Below are positions 1 to 10,182 of a stretch of 64,000 bases of DNA, one piece after another. Positions within the stretch are counted from its first letter, which is position 1. The number at the start of each line of letters is the position of its first letter. This DNA comes from Nitrospirales bacterium (GTDB taxonomy: Bacteria; Nitrospirota; Nitrospiria; Nitrospirales; UBA8639), in the NCBI GenBank assembly GCA_965223295.1, contig CBDCWC010000003.1, positions 1,600,001 through 1,664,000 on the forward strand, given 5' to 3'. The notes under the pieces were generated by a model that saw only the letters and a list, made by a program, of their open reading frames with translations, had not been told where the DNA came from and did not search any database. Both the position numbers and the translations under genes were made by a program.

Positions 1-26
1 TTGGAGACGTTTTTTTGAAAAAACGA

Positions 27-656
27 CTAGAGTTTTGAACGGGACTTCATATCCAGGAGCGCGATATCGGCGAATGGGTCTCCCAGTTGGGAGGCTTGGC
101 GGAACAAGCGGAGGGCAGTTTTGGGTTCTGCTTGCCCCAAAGCCCCTTGAGCATAGATATAACCTAAGTGTACAAGGGCGGAAGAGAGTTGAGAGTCTAG
201 GTCAATGGCCTTCAGGAACGCTTTCTTGGCCGTCTCGATATTGCCTGCATTTGTCAAGGCAATCCCCAACCCGACATAGGAAGGGGCGGCGTTGGGATTT
301 TTCTTAATGGCTTGGTGATAAGCATTCACCGCAGCTTTGTATTTCCCTTTTAAGACAAGCCGCCAGGCATATTTGGTATAAGGTTTCACCTTTTGGGTTT
401 TTTGTTCTGGTGTCGTGGTGACAGGAAATGATTGCTTTGGAGCTGAGGTCTGTGGAGGAGGTATAGATGGTGCCGGTGCACCGGGCGGGGTATGTTCTAA
501 AGAGGCTGTGTTCTGAGGCTTCTGTGAATGCTGGCCCTTGTGGGAATCAGGTGCGGTTGAAGTGAAATCCAGATGGCTGCCTAACGCTGTTGAGGGGCCC
601 AGACTGACAAAAATGAGCGCGACTGCCCAGATTTTATAGGTACCGTTGGTTTTCAT
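27..656 (-). CDS. Exported TPR/Sel1-repeat protein
   Basis: N-terminal signal peptide, Pro-rich linker, TPR-like helices and Sel1-like LGYIYAQG...ALRLFRQASQLGD. Confidence 0.75.
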   Translation of the reverse strand: MKTNGTYKIWAVALIFVSLGPSTALGSHLDFTSTAPDSHKGQHSQKPQNTASLEHTPPGAPAPSIPPPQTSAPKQSFPVTTTPEQKTQKVKPYTKYAWRLVLKGKYKAAVNAYHQAIKKNPNAAPSYVGLGIALTNAGNIETAKKAFLKAIDLDSQLSSALVHLGYIYAQGALGQAEPKTALRLFRQASQLGDPFADIALLDMKSRSKL

Positions 657-910
657 CGTGTATAGGTATCGGTAAGCCTACGTAAGGCTTAATACACGAG
701 AATGTGGGGTCGTTACCAACGAGATCGATTGAGGAAAAACAGACAAGAACGATTAGCAGGCAGAGAATGAGCTAAATTTTGAGACGTAAAAAGTGAATGA
801 TGTGAAGAGGGAGAGGGGAAAGAAAAATGTTGAGGGAAGAGAGGAGTAGCACCAGGAAATTTTTTCCTACTGTTCACTCCTCACCTCTATCTCTATGTTT
901 GATGGTGGTC

Positions 911-1240
911 TTATGCCTGATCTGGAAAGGCGGCTTTTAACAAGGGTTGCAATTCCCCTTTTTCCTCCATGGGGCCTAAGACATCGGTGTCGCCATAAAA
1001 TTGGCCATTAATGAAGACTTTGGGCAATGTCGGCCAGTTCGTCATTTTGGACAAGGTTTCACGCTTCTCAGGGTTGGGGAGCACGTTGATCAGTTCATAA
1101 GGGTGACCAAATTTATTGAAAAACTCCATGGTTTCCACCGTAAATCCGCATTGTGGCGCCGTTTTCGTGCCTTTGCCATATATCAGTATTTTATGTTCGG
1201 CGATTTCTTTGTTGATTTCATCTTCAATCGGTGTGCTCAT
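911..1240 (-). CDS. grxD: Monothiol glutaredoxin (Grx4 family)
   Basis: KGT..APQCGFT (CGFS-type) and WPTLPKVFING motifs; adjacent to bolA. Confidence 0.9.
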   Translation of the reverse strand: MSTPIEDEINKEIAEHKILIYGKGTKTAPQCGFTVETMEFFNKFGHPYELINVLPNPEKRETLSKMTNWPTLPKVFINGQFYGDTDVLGPMEEKGELQPLLKAAFPDQA

Positions 1241-1245
1241 ACAGG

Positions 1246-1494
1246 TTATCCTCCTTGGGCTTCATTTTTAGTTTTGGCCTGAATTTCAAGTGCATGGATG
1301 CGTCCGTCCTTCATGGGTTCGTCAAGGGCTTGATAGATCATCCGATGGCGGTCTAGCAAGTTTTTTCCTTCAAAAGCATCGGAAATGACTGTGACCGTAA
1401 AATGATCCATGGTCCCCGTGCGGTCAAGGACAGAGACTTTGGCATCGCCTAGCGATTCTTGAATATGGGTACTGAGGGCTTCAAATGTCATCAT
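1246..1494 (-). CDS. bolA: BolA/IbaG family protein
   Basis: DHFTVTVISDAFEGKNLLDRHRMIY...IHALEIQA; start moved to the ATG at 1494 because the ORF-track extension overlaps the upstream gene. Confidence 0.9.
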   Translation of the reverse strand: MMTFEALSTHIQESLGDAKVSVLDRTGTMDHFTVTVISDAFEGKNLLDRHRMIYQALDEPMKDGRIHALEIQAKTKNEAQGG

Positions 1495-1654
1495 AGTCGT
1501 GTCGTTATCCTCATAAAAATGATTTGCTGTGTAAGAATCACTATACCCGAGCCTGAAATTTCTACGCAATGTGGAATAGTAAGAAGTGAGAGGTAAGGAG
1601 TCGGGAGGAAAACAGGGAAGTGAGAGGTTATTCCTCCTATTGAATCCTGTCTCT

Positions 1655-2398
1655 TTATTCCTCAGTTCCCACGTTTTCCCCCCCAGAATACAAAACCGTT
1701 TGAAGAAATGTGCTAAGACCTTCGAGCACTGGTATGGGAATTTCATGACCGCCTGGGAATTCGACCCAACTCACGGACAGCCCCGCATTCTGGAGATGAT
1801 CATGGAGTTCTTGGGCCATCGAAAACGCCAAGATGGGATCATTGATACCATGACTTTGAAATACTGGCAGCCCTTTGCGTGTCGGTAAGCAGGTCAGCCA
1901 TTCCTGTTTAGCAATGAGCGTGCCGGAGAGGAGCGCTAAACCCGCAAAAGGTATATCGGAGTGGAGTACCAGGTCGGTCGATAGCATAGCTCCTTGAGAA
2001 AACCCACCTAAGACCAGTGATGTCGCAGGCACCGCTAAGGACTTCGTGGCAAGGGTCAAGACTTCTTGTATCTGCGTGCGTGCTGGGGCTAGCCCGCGCG
2101 GAACCTCTTGTGATAATTCCTCCCACTTCCCTTGGGCGCGGGCTTGGGTGATGCGTTCCATGTCCAACATCCACCAGGCTCTGGCGTCTCCGAAGCCCAT
2201 ATCCAATTTGATCGGCGCGGCCGGAAAGAGAAATCTGACCTCATCTGGAACCTTGAGATAGCCCCCCAAGGCGACCAAATCATCTCCTGGAGCCCCAAAT
2301 CCATGCAAGAGAACCACAAGAGGACCTTCGCCGCTTCCTTGGCGGTCGAGACCACCTGTAATGCAGACATCCAATCCGGCCCAATGTTCGTGTCTCAT
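1655..2398 (-). CDS. Phospholipase/carboxylesterase (alpha/beta hydrolase)
   Basis: LLHGFGA, GFSQG nucleophile elbow, HG..DPIL and GGHEI triad motifs. Confidence 0.9.
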   Translation of the reverse strand: MRHEHWAGLDVCITGGLDRQGSGEGPLVVLLHGFGAPGDDLVALGGYLKVPDEVRFLFPAAPIKLDMGFGDARAWWMLDMERITQARAQGKWEELSQEVPRGLAPARTQIQEVLTLATKSLAVPATSLVLGGFSQGAMLSTDLVLHSDIPFAGLALLSGTLIAKQEWLTCLPTRKGLPVFQSHGINDPILAFSMAQELHDHLQNAGLSVSWVEFPGGHEIPIPVLEGLSTFLQTVLYSGGENVGTEE

Positions 2399-2504
2399 AA
2401 GAATGGGTAATGTATTACGGTGAGGAATTTACGAGGTTGGGTCTGAAGTCGAAAGGGAGGTCAATACTGATTCAGTGCTGCGCGGTGATATTTTTCCAAA
2501 AAAA

Positions 2505-2684
2505 TTAATGACCCATTTTGGGAGCGCCGGCGTTTGCCCCTTGAGTAATGAGCGGAATGCGTAAGACTTGGTGGCAATGATTGCAGACGACTTTCCATGT
2601 ATTCTCATCCGCATATTCGACTTCGTCTTCTTTTTTCCAAAACAACTTGTTACATTTGGGGCATTTGCGAACGAGCATCGACAT
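2505..2684 (-). CDS. Small zinc-ribbon protein, 59 aa (not in ORF track)
   Basis: Translated by hand: MSMLVRKCPKCNKLFWKKEDEVEYADENTWKVVCNHCHQVLRIPLITQGANAGAPKMGH; two CxxC pairs; GGAG upstream. Confidence 0.75.
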   Translation of the reverse strand: MSMLVRKCPKCNKLFWKKEDEVEYADENTWKVVCNHCHQVLRIPLITQGANAGAPKMGH

Positions 2685-2760
2685 AGAAACAGCTCCATGC
2701 GAATGATAGAAAATTTAGAGTGGACTTAGTGTAATATATCTTGCCACAATCTGCCAACGC

Positions 2761-3174
2761 ATGATCAGGTATTCCGATTCCCACACATTCGATTCGCAAC
2801 AACTTCTGGCGTTATTTGAACAAGCCGATTGGGCAAAGGGCCGTAGTCTCGACGATACTCAGCAGATGTTGGGTGAGTCCGATGTGATTCTCTCGGCTTG
2901 GGATGGCACCAAATTAGTGGGATTTGGTCGTGTCCTCACCGATTATGTCTATCGGGCGTCCATTTGGGATGTCATTGTGGATGTGAAATATCAGGACCAG
3001 GATATTGGAAAAGGCCTGGTTCAGAGGATTCTCTCTCATGCTTCGTTGGCTCGTGTGGAATTGTTTTGGTTGTGTACCAGGCGGTATCAAGGCTTTTACG
3101 CGTCACTAGGGTTTTCGGACAAGGAACAGACTGGCATGGTGTGGGATCGCCGAAAACAATGTTCACGTTCCTAG
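2761..3174 (+). CDS. GNAT family N-acetyltransferase
   Basis: LVGFGRVLTD...IWDVIVD..YQ.Q.IGKGL acetyl-CoA motif, FYASLGF. Confidence 0.9.
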   Translation: MIRYSDSHTFDSQQLLALFEQADWAKGRSLDDTQQMLGESDVILSAWDGTKLVGFGRVLTDYVYRASIWDVIVDVKYQDQDIGKGLVQRILSHASLARVELFWLCTRRYQGFYASLGFSDKEQTGMVWDRRKQCSRS

Positions 3175-3236
3175 CCCTAGCGAAGATCTTTTTGTTGGTG
3201 GCACCGTAGCCAAAATCTCATGTTTATGTTGACAGG

Positions 3237-4418
3237 ATGTCACGAATGATTGTGGTTGGACTCATGTCCGGGACGTCGGCCGATGGCGTGGATGCCGCCG
3301 TCGTGAATATCCGTGGAACTGGGCAACGCTTAACGATCAGGCTGCTCAGGCATTACGGCTATTCCTATCCTCCTCAATTGAGACAGCGTATCTTGCAGGT
3401 AGCTGAACGTGGAACGGTTGCCGAAATTTGTCATCTTCATACGCTGTTGGGAGAGATCTTTGCGAAAACGGTTTTCAAGGCAATATCTGAAAGCGGCATC
3501 CGGCCAACTCAGGTGAAATTGATCGCCTCTCATGGCCAAACTGTTCATCATCTTCCCATTCCAATTGTGGAGCGAGGAGTCGGATCCATTCGGTCAACGC
3601 TTCAGATTGGTAATCCAGCCGTTATTGCTGAACGCACAGGTATTACGACTGTTTCAGATTTTCGCGCTCGTGATATGGCAGCTGGTGGGGAAGGCGCACC
3701 GTTAGTTCCCTACACGCATTTTCTGGTGTTTCGGCAGAAGAATGTGAGCCGTTGGGTCGTGAACTTAGGCGGCATCGGGAATGTGACGGCGCTTCCCCGT
3801 AGTGAACGATTAGCTGACGTAAAGGCTTTTGATACCGGGCCCTGTAATATGTTGTTGGACGCCCTCGTGATGACCGAGACCCAGGGCCGGCAAACGATGG
3901 ATCGTGGAGGACGGCTGGCGCAACGCGGACAGGTGCATTCGGGGCTTTTGCGATGGTTGTTGACTCATCCGTATTTGGAGCGGCAACCACCAAAATCCAC
4001 AGGGCGTGAACTTTTTGGAAAAGCCTACGTCAAAAAAGTCTTGGCTCAGTCCCGACGGTGGCATCTGTCTCTTCAGGATTTGTTAGCGACTTGCTGTCAG
4101 TTTATTGCTCGTACAATGAGCGATGCCCGGCAATGGACTCAGCAGGTACCGGGAGATGTTGTCTGCGGCGGCGGCGGGGTTCGTAACGCTCGTCTTTGGA
4201 AAGAACTTCAGCAGGTATTTGCTCCCATACCCGTGCGGACGATGGACGACTGTGGATCTTCAAGCCAGGCCTTCGAAGCGCAAGCCTTTGCGGTATTGGC
4301 CTATCAAACTGTTCATGGTGAATGTACCAATGTGCCCCGAGTCACGGGTGCCCAGCATCCCGTTATTTTAGGGTCCGTGACGCCTGGCAGCTTTCGTTCT
4401 CCAAAAAAATGGAGTTGA
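3237..4418 (+). CDS. anmK: Anhydro-N-acetylmuramic acid kinase
   Basis: GLMSGTSADGVD, SHGQTV.H, DMAAGGEGAPL, FDTGPCN, PPKSTGRELF. Confidence 0.95.
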   Translation: MSRMIVVGLMSGTSADGVDAAVVNIRGTGQRLTIRLLRHYGYSYPPQLRQRILQVAERGTVAEICHLHTLLGEIFAKTVFKAISESGIRPTQVKLIASHGQTVHHLPIPIVERGVGSIRSTLQIGNPAVIAERTGITTVSDFRARDMAAGGEGAPLVPYTHFLVFRQKNVSRWVVNLGGIGNVTALPRSERLADVKAFDTGPCNMLLDALVMTETQGRQTMDRGGRLAQRGQVHSGLLRWLLTHPYLERQPPKSTGRELFGKAYVKKVLAQSRRWHLSLQDLLATCCQFIARTMSDARQWTQQVPGDVVCGGGGVRNARLWKELQQVFAPIPVRTMDDCGSSSQAFEAQAFAVLAYQTVHGECTNVPRVTGAQHPVILGSVTPGSFRSPKKWS

Positions 4419-4446
4419 TGACCACAGATTTTTTCCCCTCGCGTTA

Positions 4447-4986
4447 GTGGAATACTTCATGTCCAATAGTGGATTGTCTGTTCTTTTCTTAATCATCCTG
4501 CTCTTAGGAGTGGGCTTCCTCCTGCATTGGGTCTGGCGTCGTCCCGTGTCTGCCGATTCGTCTCGAACAATACTCTCGGAATCGTCAGAAAGCGAGGTAA
4601 CTCCTCGTCCATTAATGACGGCGGAAGAAGCCACCTTGTTCAATTTAATTCGATTGGCTGCTCAAGATTATTTTCTCGTCTTGGTCAAGTTGCCGGTTTT
4701 GCAGGTTATCTCGGTTCGAGATACGGATGAATTGGCGCGAAAGACACTTATGCGGACGATTCAACCGGTACGTTTGGATGTCATATTGGTCCATCCTGGT
4801 AGCCTTCAAACAGAGACTGTGGTGCATTTTCAAAAAGATGAAGAATCTCAACAGGTAGAGAAACGTGATCAGGTTGTAGAAACCGTTTTGAAAGCTGCCG
4901 GCATCAAGGTGGTGGGGCTGCGGCTTGATCAGAGCTATTCCGTTGAACAAGTCATGGCGAAGTTGGGGCTGGAAGAAGAGGAATAA
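4447..4986 (+). CDS. DUF2726-like membrane-anchored protein
   Basis: N-terminal TM helix; RPLMTAEE..LF, RDQVVETVLKAAGIKVV pattern. Confidence 0.65.
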   Translation: MEYFMSNSGLSVLFLIILLLGVGFLLHWVWRRPVSADSSRTILSESSESEVTPRPLMTAEEATLFNLIRLAAQDYFLVLVKLPVLQVISVRDTDELARKTLMRTIQPVRLDVILVHPGSLQTETVVHFQKDEESQQVEKRDQVVETVLKAAGIKVVGLRLDQSYSVEQVMAKLGLEEEE

Positions 4987-5014
4987 AAGGTCATGACCAT
5001 CTGTGTCATGGATT

Positions 5015-5632
5015 CTATGGTGTGATGATGGGAAGGATTGATTGGAATGTGGAGACGCCGGATTCAATAATGTGGTCATTTCCGTTTTCGAGATTTTTGA
5101 TCGGGAGAAACCGAGCGATCTTAAAAAATGTACGGTGGTCTAAGACAGCGGCAATTTCCGAACGGCGGGTTTTAGTAATGTCTATGGTCAACCCTGCTCC
5201 AGCTTTCCATTCCCATATTGATGAACTCAAGCACAAGCTGAGGTGCTGGTCAGCCACTTCCGAGAATCGGTTAAAGAGGTTTGTGCGATAGTCTTTGACG
5301 AGTGGACCTTCAACAATCAAGGCAAAGACAAGATGATGGCCCCACCAACAGAGCGAACGAAATGCGAATTTGTCTTGCCGCGTGTAATATCGAGGGAAAT
5401 CTAAGTATTGGTAAGGACAATCTTCCAGGTGTTCGCCTTTGACGAATTGGACCGCCTCCGGATCAAACCCTTCTGGGGCCAGGAGTGGGTGATTGGCCAA
5501 CTCGGATTGTAACAACCGATGAAGTTCCTCCAGCGTCTGCTTGAGCTTGACGGAAATCGCAGCCTTTTTTAGAAAAAAATCGTGATCGGCAAAAACATGC
5601 CATTCATCCGCGGTCAATGAATCATTGTCCAT
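5015..5632 (-). CDS. Conserved hypothetical protein
   Basis: Long ORF with KGEHLEDCPYQYLDFPRYY...FRSLCWWGH globular composition; start uncertain. Confidence 0.65.
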   Translation of the reverse strand: MDNDSLTADEWHVFADHDFFLKKAAISVKLKQTLEELHRLLQSELANHPLLAPEGFDPEAVQFVKGEHLEDCPYQYLDFPRYYTRQDKFAFRSLCWWGHHLVFALIVEGPLVKDYRTNLFNRFSEVADQHLSLCLSSSIWEWKAGAGLTIDITKTRRSEIAAVLDHRTFFKIARFLPIKNLENGNDHIIESGVSTFQSILPIITP

Positions 5633-5763
5633 GGTTTCTATTCCCTTGCCCTCGAGGGCTTGGCCTTGAAGAAAGGGCAAGGGAAGGGTGAGAGTGAAGA
5701 CTTCATCAATTCAAAAGTTTCTAAGAGGTGCGTCAATGATGCCTTTAGGAAGTTTCAAGAACG

Positions 5764-6540
5764 ATGAAAATTGCCACATATAATGTGAATTCACTTCGAA
5801 AACGAATTGGCATTCTGCATCCTTGGTTGCGCCGACATAAGCCGGATGTCATGTGTCTTCAAGAAACGAAAGTCCAAGATCAGGATTTCCCTTTAAACGC
5901 TTTTGCCGATTTACCCTATGTCATCCATTATTGCGGGCAAAAATCATACAACGGGGTCGCTATTTTTAGCCGAACCGAGCCGGAAGAAGTGGCCTTTGGG
6001 TTTCAAGATGGTGAAGCGGAGCAAGAGTCTACACGTCTGGCCCGAGTCGTGATACAAGGGATCCCGATTATCACGACCTACATTCCTCAAGGCTTTGCCC
6101 TGGATTCTCCAAAGTATATCTATAAGCTTGAATGGTTTCAGCGGTTAAAGAAATATTTTTCGAAAAACCTTTCCATCAAAAAACCGGCCATCTGGTGTGG
6201 GGATATGAATGTGGCTCCGGAACCCATTGATGTCCATCATCCTGAAAAGCATCTCAAGCATGTCTGTTTTCATGAAGATGCGCGGAAGGCCTATGCGGAT
6301 ACCGTATCATGGGGATTTGTGGATGTGTTCCGTCATCATTATCCACGCCGCCAGCAATTTACTTTTTGGGATTATCGACGTCCAGATGCGTTGGAAGCCA
6401 ACCGTGGGTGGCGTATTGATCATATGATGGTGACGCCACCTCTTCTCTCATATTCCCGGACTATTAAAGTGGACGTAAACGCACGAAAGGCTGAACAGCC
6501 GTCGGATCATACCATACTCTGGGCAGATTTTTCGGTGTAG
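5764..6540 (+). CDS. xth: Exodeoxyribonuclease III
   Basis: ATYNVNS, LQETK, YNGVA, CGDMNVA, GWRIDH, SDH motifs. Confidence 0.95.
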   Translation: MKIATYNVNSLRKRIGILHPWLRRHKPDVMCLQETKVQDQDFPLNAFADLPYVIHYCGQKSYNGVAIFSRTEPEEVAFGFQDGEAEQESTRLARVVIQGIPIITTYIPQGFALDSPKYIYKLEWFQRLKKYFSKNLSIKKPAIWCGDMNVAPEPIDVHHPEKHLKHVCFHEDARKAYADTVSWGFVDVFRHHYPRRQQFTFWDYRRPDALEANRGWRIDHMMVTPPLLSYSRTIKVDVNARKAEQPSDHTILWADFSV

Positions 6541-6602
6541 CTGGATGAATCGTTCAAGAGACAGGGCTGCCTCAGAAAAATGCCACGCTCAGGGGAAGAG
6601 AA

Positions 6603-7193
6603 TTACTTTTTGTTGCCTGTTCGAGATTTTCGTTCGGGAGGCAAGTTCTCTAAGGGAATAAACACCGCACAGGCCACAACCGTGGTCCAGAGATTGGGTT
6701 TGCCGATCGCTGATTGAGTAATATTTTGTGTTCGGACGATATCATTGCCCATTTTGAACACTTGTTTTCGCTCGTTCCAGGCCACATTCGGATCGAACTT
6801 AATGCCCAGCGTCGTCGCTAACATTTGTGCCGCTAAGTCTTCAGTATATTCCCCTGCTTCTTCGTCGGTTTCCCCGTAAGCATGATGTTCTGATAAGTAG
6901 CCATAATTATACTTTCGGCCTGAGGGAACGGCGACGCCAACGGAGGAAGAAATGAGTCGGTTCCGTTCGTTTGTGTCGGTTCGCGCCATTACGCAATAGG
7001 TGATTTCTCCGGGGTTCAATAATTTTTCCCCGCGTTTGCGAGGAATAATCTTGCAATCTGGCGGGAGGATGGACGACACGCTGACTAAGTTACAGTACGC
7101 AATCCCTGCACTCCGTAAGGCTTCTTCAAAAGACGTGAGCTTTTCTTTGTGAATACCCACACCTTTGGTGAGAAACATATGAGTTGGGACCAT
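6603..7193 (-). CDS. pdaD: Pyruvoyl-dependent arginine decarboxylase
   Basis: [25 protein letters not shown] (Ser-Ser autocleavage site), [14 protein letters not shown] before ATG 7193. Confidence 0.9.
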   Translation of the reverse strand: MVPTHMFLTKGVGIHKEKLTSFEEALRSAGIAYCNLVSVSSILPPDCKIIPRKRGEKLLNPGEITYCVMARTDTNERNRLISSSVGVAVPSGRKYNYGYLSEHHAYGETDEEAGEYTEDLAAQMLATTLGIKFDPNVAWNERKQVFKMGNDIVRTQNITQSAIGKPNLWTTVVACAVFIPLENLPPERKSRTGNKK

Positions 7194-7360
7194 CGTGACT
7201 CCTTTATTTGCGAAGTGAGTAGTGCGGGTGGCATGTAGGAAGACACCCAAGACCTAACCCTAGTTAAGTTATCCTGGCATCTTCACATTTGAAGGCCCAT
7301 TTTTAACAAGAGTGGGGCGAAAGGTGCAAGGTCGAGAGCTGTCGATGAAGAAAAAATAGT

Positions 7361-8794
7361 TCAGGATGGTGATTTGACGATAAGCAGCTTTGGTTCAGTG
7401 AATTCCTGGATTGCATAGCGGACGCCTTCTCGCCCAAGTCCTGAATGTTTCACCCCTCCGTAGGGCATGTGATCGGCCCGGAAGGTCGGAATTTCATTAA
7501 TGAGGACGGCGCCGACTTCCAGTTTAGCATAGGCGCGGTACATCACATCGATGTTCGAGGTAAAGATGCCGGCTTGTAAGCCAAAGGGAGAATCATTTAT
7601 CAGCTCGAGAGCATCCTCGAAGTTGGAATAGGGGCTGATCGTCACCACTGGGCCAAAAATTTCTTCGCAACAGACTTTCATGGTAGAGCTCACATTGGTG
7701 AGGACCGCAGGTTCTATGATCGAACCGTTTCGGCTTCCACCCGTTTGGATCAATGCTCCATGTGAAACGGCCTCTTGAACCCAGGTTTCTACCCGTATCG
7801 CGGTTTGTTCATTGATTAAAGGTCCAACTATTGTCGAGGCTAAAGTTGGATCTCCCGTCGACAAGTTCCTAACGTGTTGCACAAAGGATTGGAGAAACTG
7901 ATCATACTGCGATTGATGCACATAGATTCGTTGAACCGAGATGCATGTTTGTCCACTATAGCCATATCCTCCGGCGACGCATCGAGCAACGGCCGTTTCA
8001 AGATCTGCATCGGGCTCAACGATGACTCCAGCATTGCCACCTAATTCCAACAACACACGTTTGGGCCCGGCTTTGCTTTTTAACATCCAGCCTACTCCAA
8101 CTGAACCAGTGAAACTCAAGGCCTGAAAGACAGGGTGTACGACCATCCGTTCGGCCAAATCATTGGAACATGGGATTATGGTCAGGGCGCTTGCAGGGAG
8201 GTCCGTGGTTAAAAAGACTTCCCCTAGAAGTAAAGCGGTCAATGGTGTTTGCGGTGCCGGTTTCAGGACGATGGGATTTCCCACCGCTAAGCAGGGTGCC
8301 ACTTTGTGAGCGACTAAATTCAACGGGAAATTAAACGGCGTAATACCCAGAACGGGGCCGAGAGGAAACCGTCTGACGCTAGCGGTATAGGCTTCTGCAC
8401 CTGGAGTAAGATCCATCGGTATCGTTTCGCCAACGATACGTGTGCTTTCTTCGGCTGCCAGGCGAAAGGTTTGAATACCCCGGTCTATTTCACGCCGTGC
8501 ATCCGTTATAGGCTTGCCAGCTTCTTCACTGAGTGTTTTCGCAAATTCTTCATGCCGAGCGGTGATCCCATCAGCGATTTTGGCCAAAGCTTGGGACCTG
8601 ACGTACGCAGGAGTGGCTGCACATTCTTCAGCTGCGCGTGGCATCGAGGCAATGGCTTGATCGATATCAGTCGATTCAGCTTGGCAGACGTTGGCGATTG
8701 TCATGCCGGAATAGGGATTGAGAATCGATTCAGTCAGATGAGTCTTAACCCATTGCCCGTTTAACAATATGGGTTTTGCTGTACTGGCGGTCAT
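7361..8794 (-). CDS. NAD(P)-dependent aldehyde dehydrogenase
   Basis: ITPFNFP, FTGS, LELGGN, GQTCIS catalytic Cys, EEIFGP, PYGGVKHSG. Confidence 0.95.
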   Translation of the reverse strand: MTASTAKPILLNGQWVKTHLTESILNPYSGMTIANVCQAESTDIDQAIASMPRAAEECAATPAYVRSQALAKIADGITARHEEFAKTLSEEAGKPITDARREIDRGIQTFRLAAEESTRIVGETIPMDLTPGAEAYTASVRRFPLGPVLGITPFNFPLNLVAHKVAPCLAVGNPIVLKPAPQTPLTALLLGEVFLTTDLPASALTIIPCSNDLAERMVVHPVFQALSFTGSVGVGWMLKSKAGPKRVLLELGGNAGVIVEPDADLETAVARCVAGGYGYSGQTCISVQRIYVHQSQYDQFLQSFVQHVRNLSTGDPTLASTIVGPLINEQTAIRVETWVQEAVSHGALIQTGGSRNGSIIEPAVLTNVSSTMKVCCEEIFGPVVTISPYSNFEDALELINDSPFGLQAGIFTSNIDVMYRAYAKLEVGAVLINEIPTFRADHMPYGGVKHSGLGREGVRYAIQEFTEPKLLIVKSPS

Positions 8795-8823
8795 TGGTTT
8801 TGAGTATCTCGTATGGGGGGCGC

Positions 8824-9090
8824 TTACCCAACTGGTTGGTCAGAGTTTGTGTCTTGAACGGGAACCGAAGCTGAAGGCCATTGTTCGGCTTTTCGAATTA
8901 ACTCTTCGGTGCCCCATTCTCTGATGGCTTCTAACGTAAAAGGTTCAAATGTTCCAATGGCTCCGCATCCTGGACAGCCTTCGATAGGAAGCTTTGCCTG
9001 AAAGACTTCGTCTAAACAGGATAAACACACAAACAGATCGGGCTCGCCTACTTCACATTCAACCGGCCAAAACGAAGATGATTTTGTCAT
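8824..9090 (-). CDS. Small Cys-rich putative metal-binding protein
   Basis: CLSC and CPGC pairs; AAGGA upstream; co-oriented with neighbours. Confidence 0.7.
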   Translation of the reverse strand: MTKSSSFWPVECEVGEPDLFVCLSCLDEVFQAKLPIEGCPGCGAIGTFEPFTLEAIREWGTEELIRKAEQWPSASVPVQDTNSDQPVG

Positions 9091-9149
9091 GGATATTCCT
9101 TGTTAAATTGAGACATAGACATTCACACATGGCTTCCGACGACAATAAT

Positions 9150-9340
9150 GGATCTGTTGAAAAAATCCGCTAGCGGCGTTCTCGCCATTTTTCCGTGCTC
9201 ACGTCATGCCAGTACGCTCCGCGCGGAAAAATGGCTGTGGCCTTGCTAGACGGACTTTTTTGAACAGACCCGAGGCCTCTGACATGTCACGTTGCAGACA
9301 CGAAATTTGGCTGTTGATATCATCATTATTCAGCAGTCCC
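9150..9340. mobile_element. MITE family A, copy 1 (191 bp)
   Basis: Ends GGATCTGTTGAAAAA / TTATTCAGCAGTCCC; ATAAT direct repeat on both flanks (9145-9149, 9341-9345). Confidence 0.9.
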
Positions 9341-9420
9341 ATAATGTACCCTGATTCAGGTAATGATATCAATGAAGTGAGACGGTCCGTCGCGTGAGTT
9401 CTCAATGCTGAACGCGAGAG

Positions 9421-10098
9421 TTACGATGAAGGAGGGGGTGTAGATGTGTTACTGGATTGAATATTTAATAATTTGTCGATTTCTTCTTTGAACGTTTCGT
9501 AAGGAAAAGCCCCAGGAATCACAATCAAATTTGGATCGTCCGGAACCTGAGTAGGGAAGAGGACAAAGCCTGGAGTTCCTCGGATTCCTAATGCGCCGGC
9601 ATCTTTCAGATCTTTTTCGATATCAGAAAAGTATTTGTGTGACTCGACGCATTGAGAAAATTCTGATTGTTGTAAATTCAGTTCTGTCGCAAATTTTTTC
9701 AGATTCTCAGGGCTAAAATCACCGGCACTGTTAAAGAGACGATCATGCATCGGCCAATAGGCATTTTGTTCTCCCGCGCAGCGGGCGGCATCAGCCGCGC
9801 GAAGGGGATTGCCAAAACCTCGTGGATAGTCCCTGTAGACAAAACGGACTTTTTTCGTTTCGATATATTCTGACAACAATTTCGGAAACGTTTCATGAAA
9901 GAACTTTTTGCAGAAATGGCACGTGAAATCGGAATATTCGACCAAGGTGATGGGAGCCTTGGGATCTCCACGTACGACATCGTCCTCTTGGATCAAAAAT
10001 TCTGGTGCTTTGGAATGGGCTGGGATGACGAGTGAGACTAGGCTAAGGAAAATTATTCCGAAAAATGAATTTATTAATGAATGTTTAAGTTTAAGCAT
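9421..10098 (-). CDS. DsbA-family thiol-disulfide oxidoreductase
   Basis: Signal/TM, RGDPKAPITLVEYSDFTCHFC (CxxC), GIRGTP cis-Pro loop. Confidence 0.9.
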   Translation of the reverse strand: MLKLKHSLINSFFGIIFLSLVSLVIPAHSKAPEFLIQEDDVVRGDPKAPITLVEYSDFTCHFCKKFFHETFPKLLSEYIETKKVRFVYRDYPRGFGNPLRAADAARCAGEQNAYWPMHDRLFNSAGDFSPENLKKFATELNLQQSEFSQCVESHKYFSDIEKDLKDAGALGIRGTPGFVLFPTQVPDDPNLIVIPGAFPYETFKEEIDKLLNIQSSNTSTPPPSS

Positions 10099-10182
10099 GC
10101 ATCCCCTGTTTCGTTATTCATTGTCGCATGTGGGTCTGAGCTTGTCGAGGGAAGACTCCAGCCAGTGTCAAAAAGGAAAACT

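Noticed and set aside
2429-2698. 89-aa ORF-track call
   Set aside because: The overlapping 2505-2684 frame has an RBS and paired CxxC motifs
9199-9405. Short ORFs sharing MPVRSARK..CGLA..TFFNRP (also 11568-11771, 18354-18713, 34739-34975, N-terminus of 56673)
   Set aside because: Chance translations of MITE family A on either strand, not a protein family
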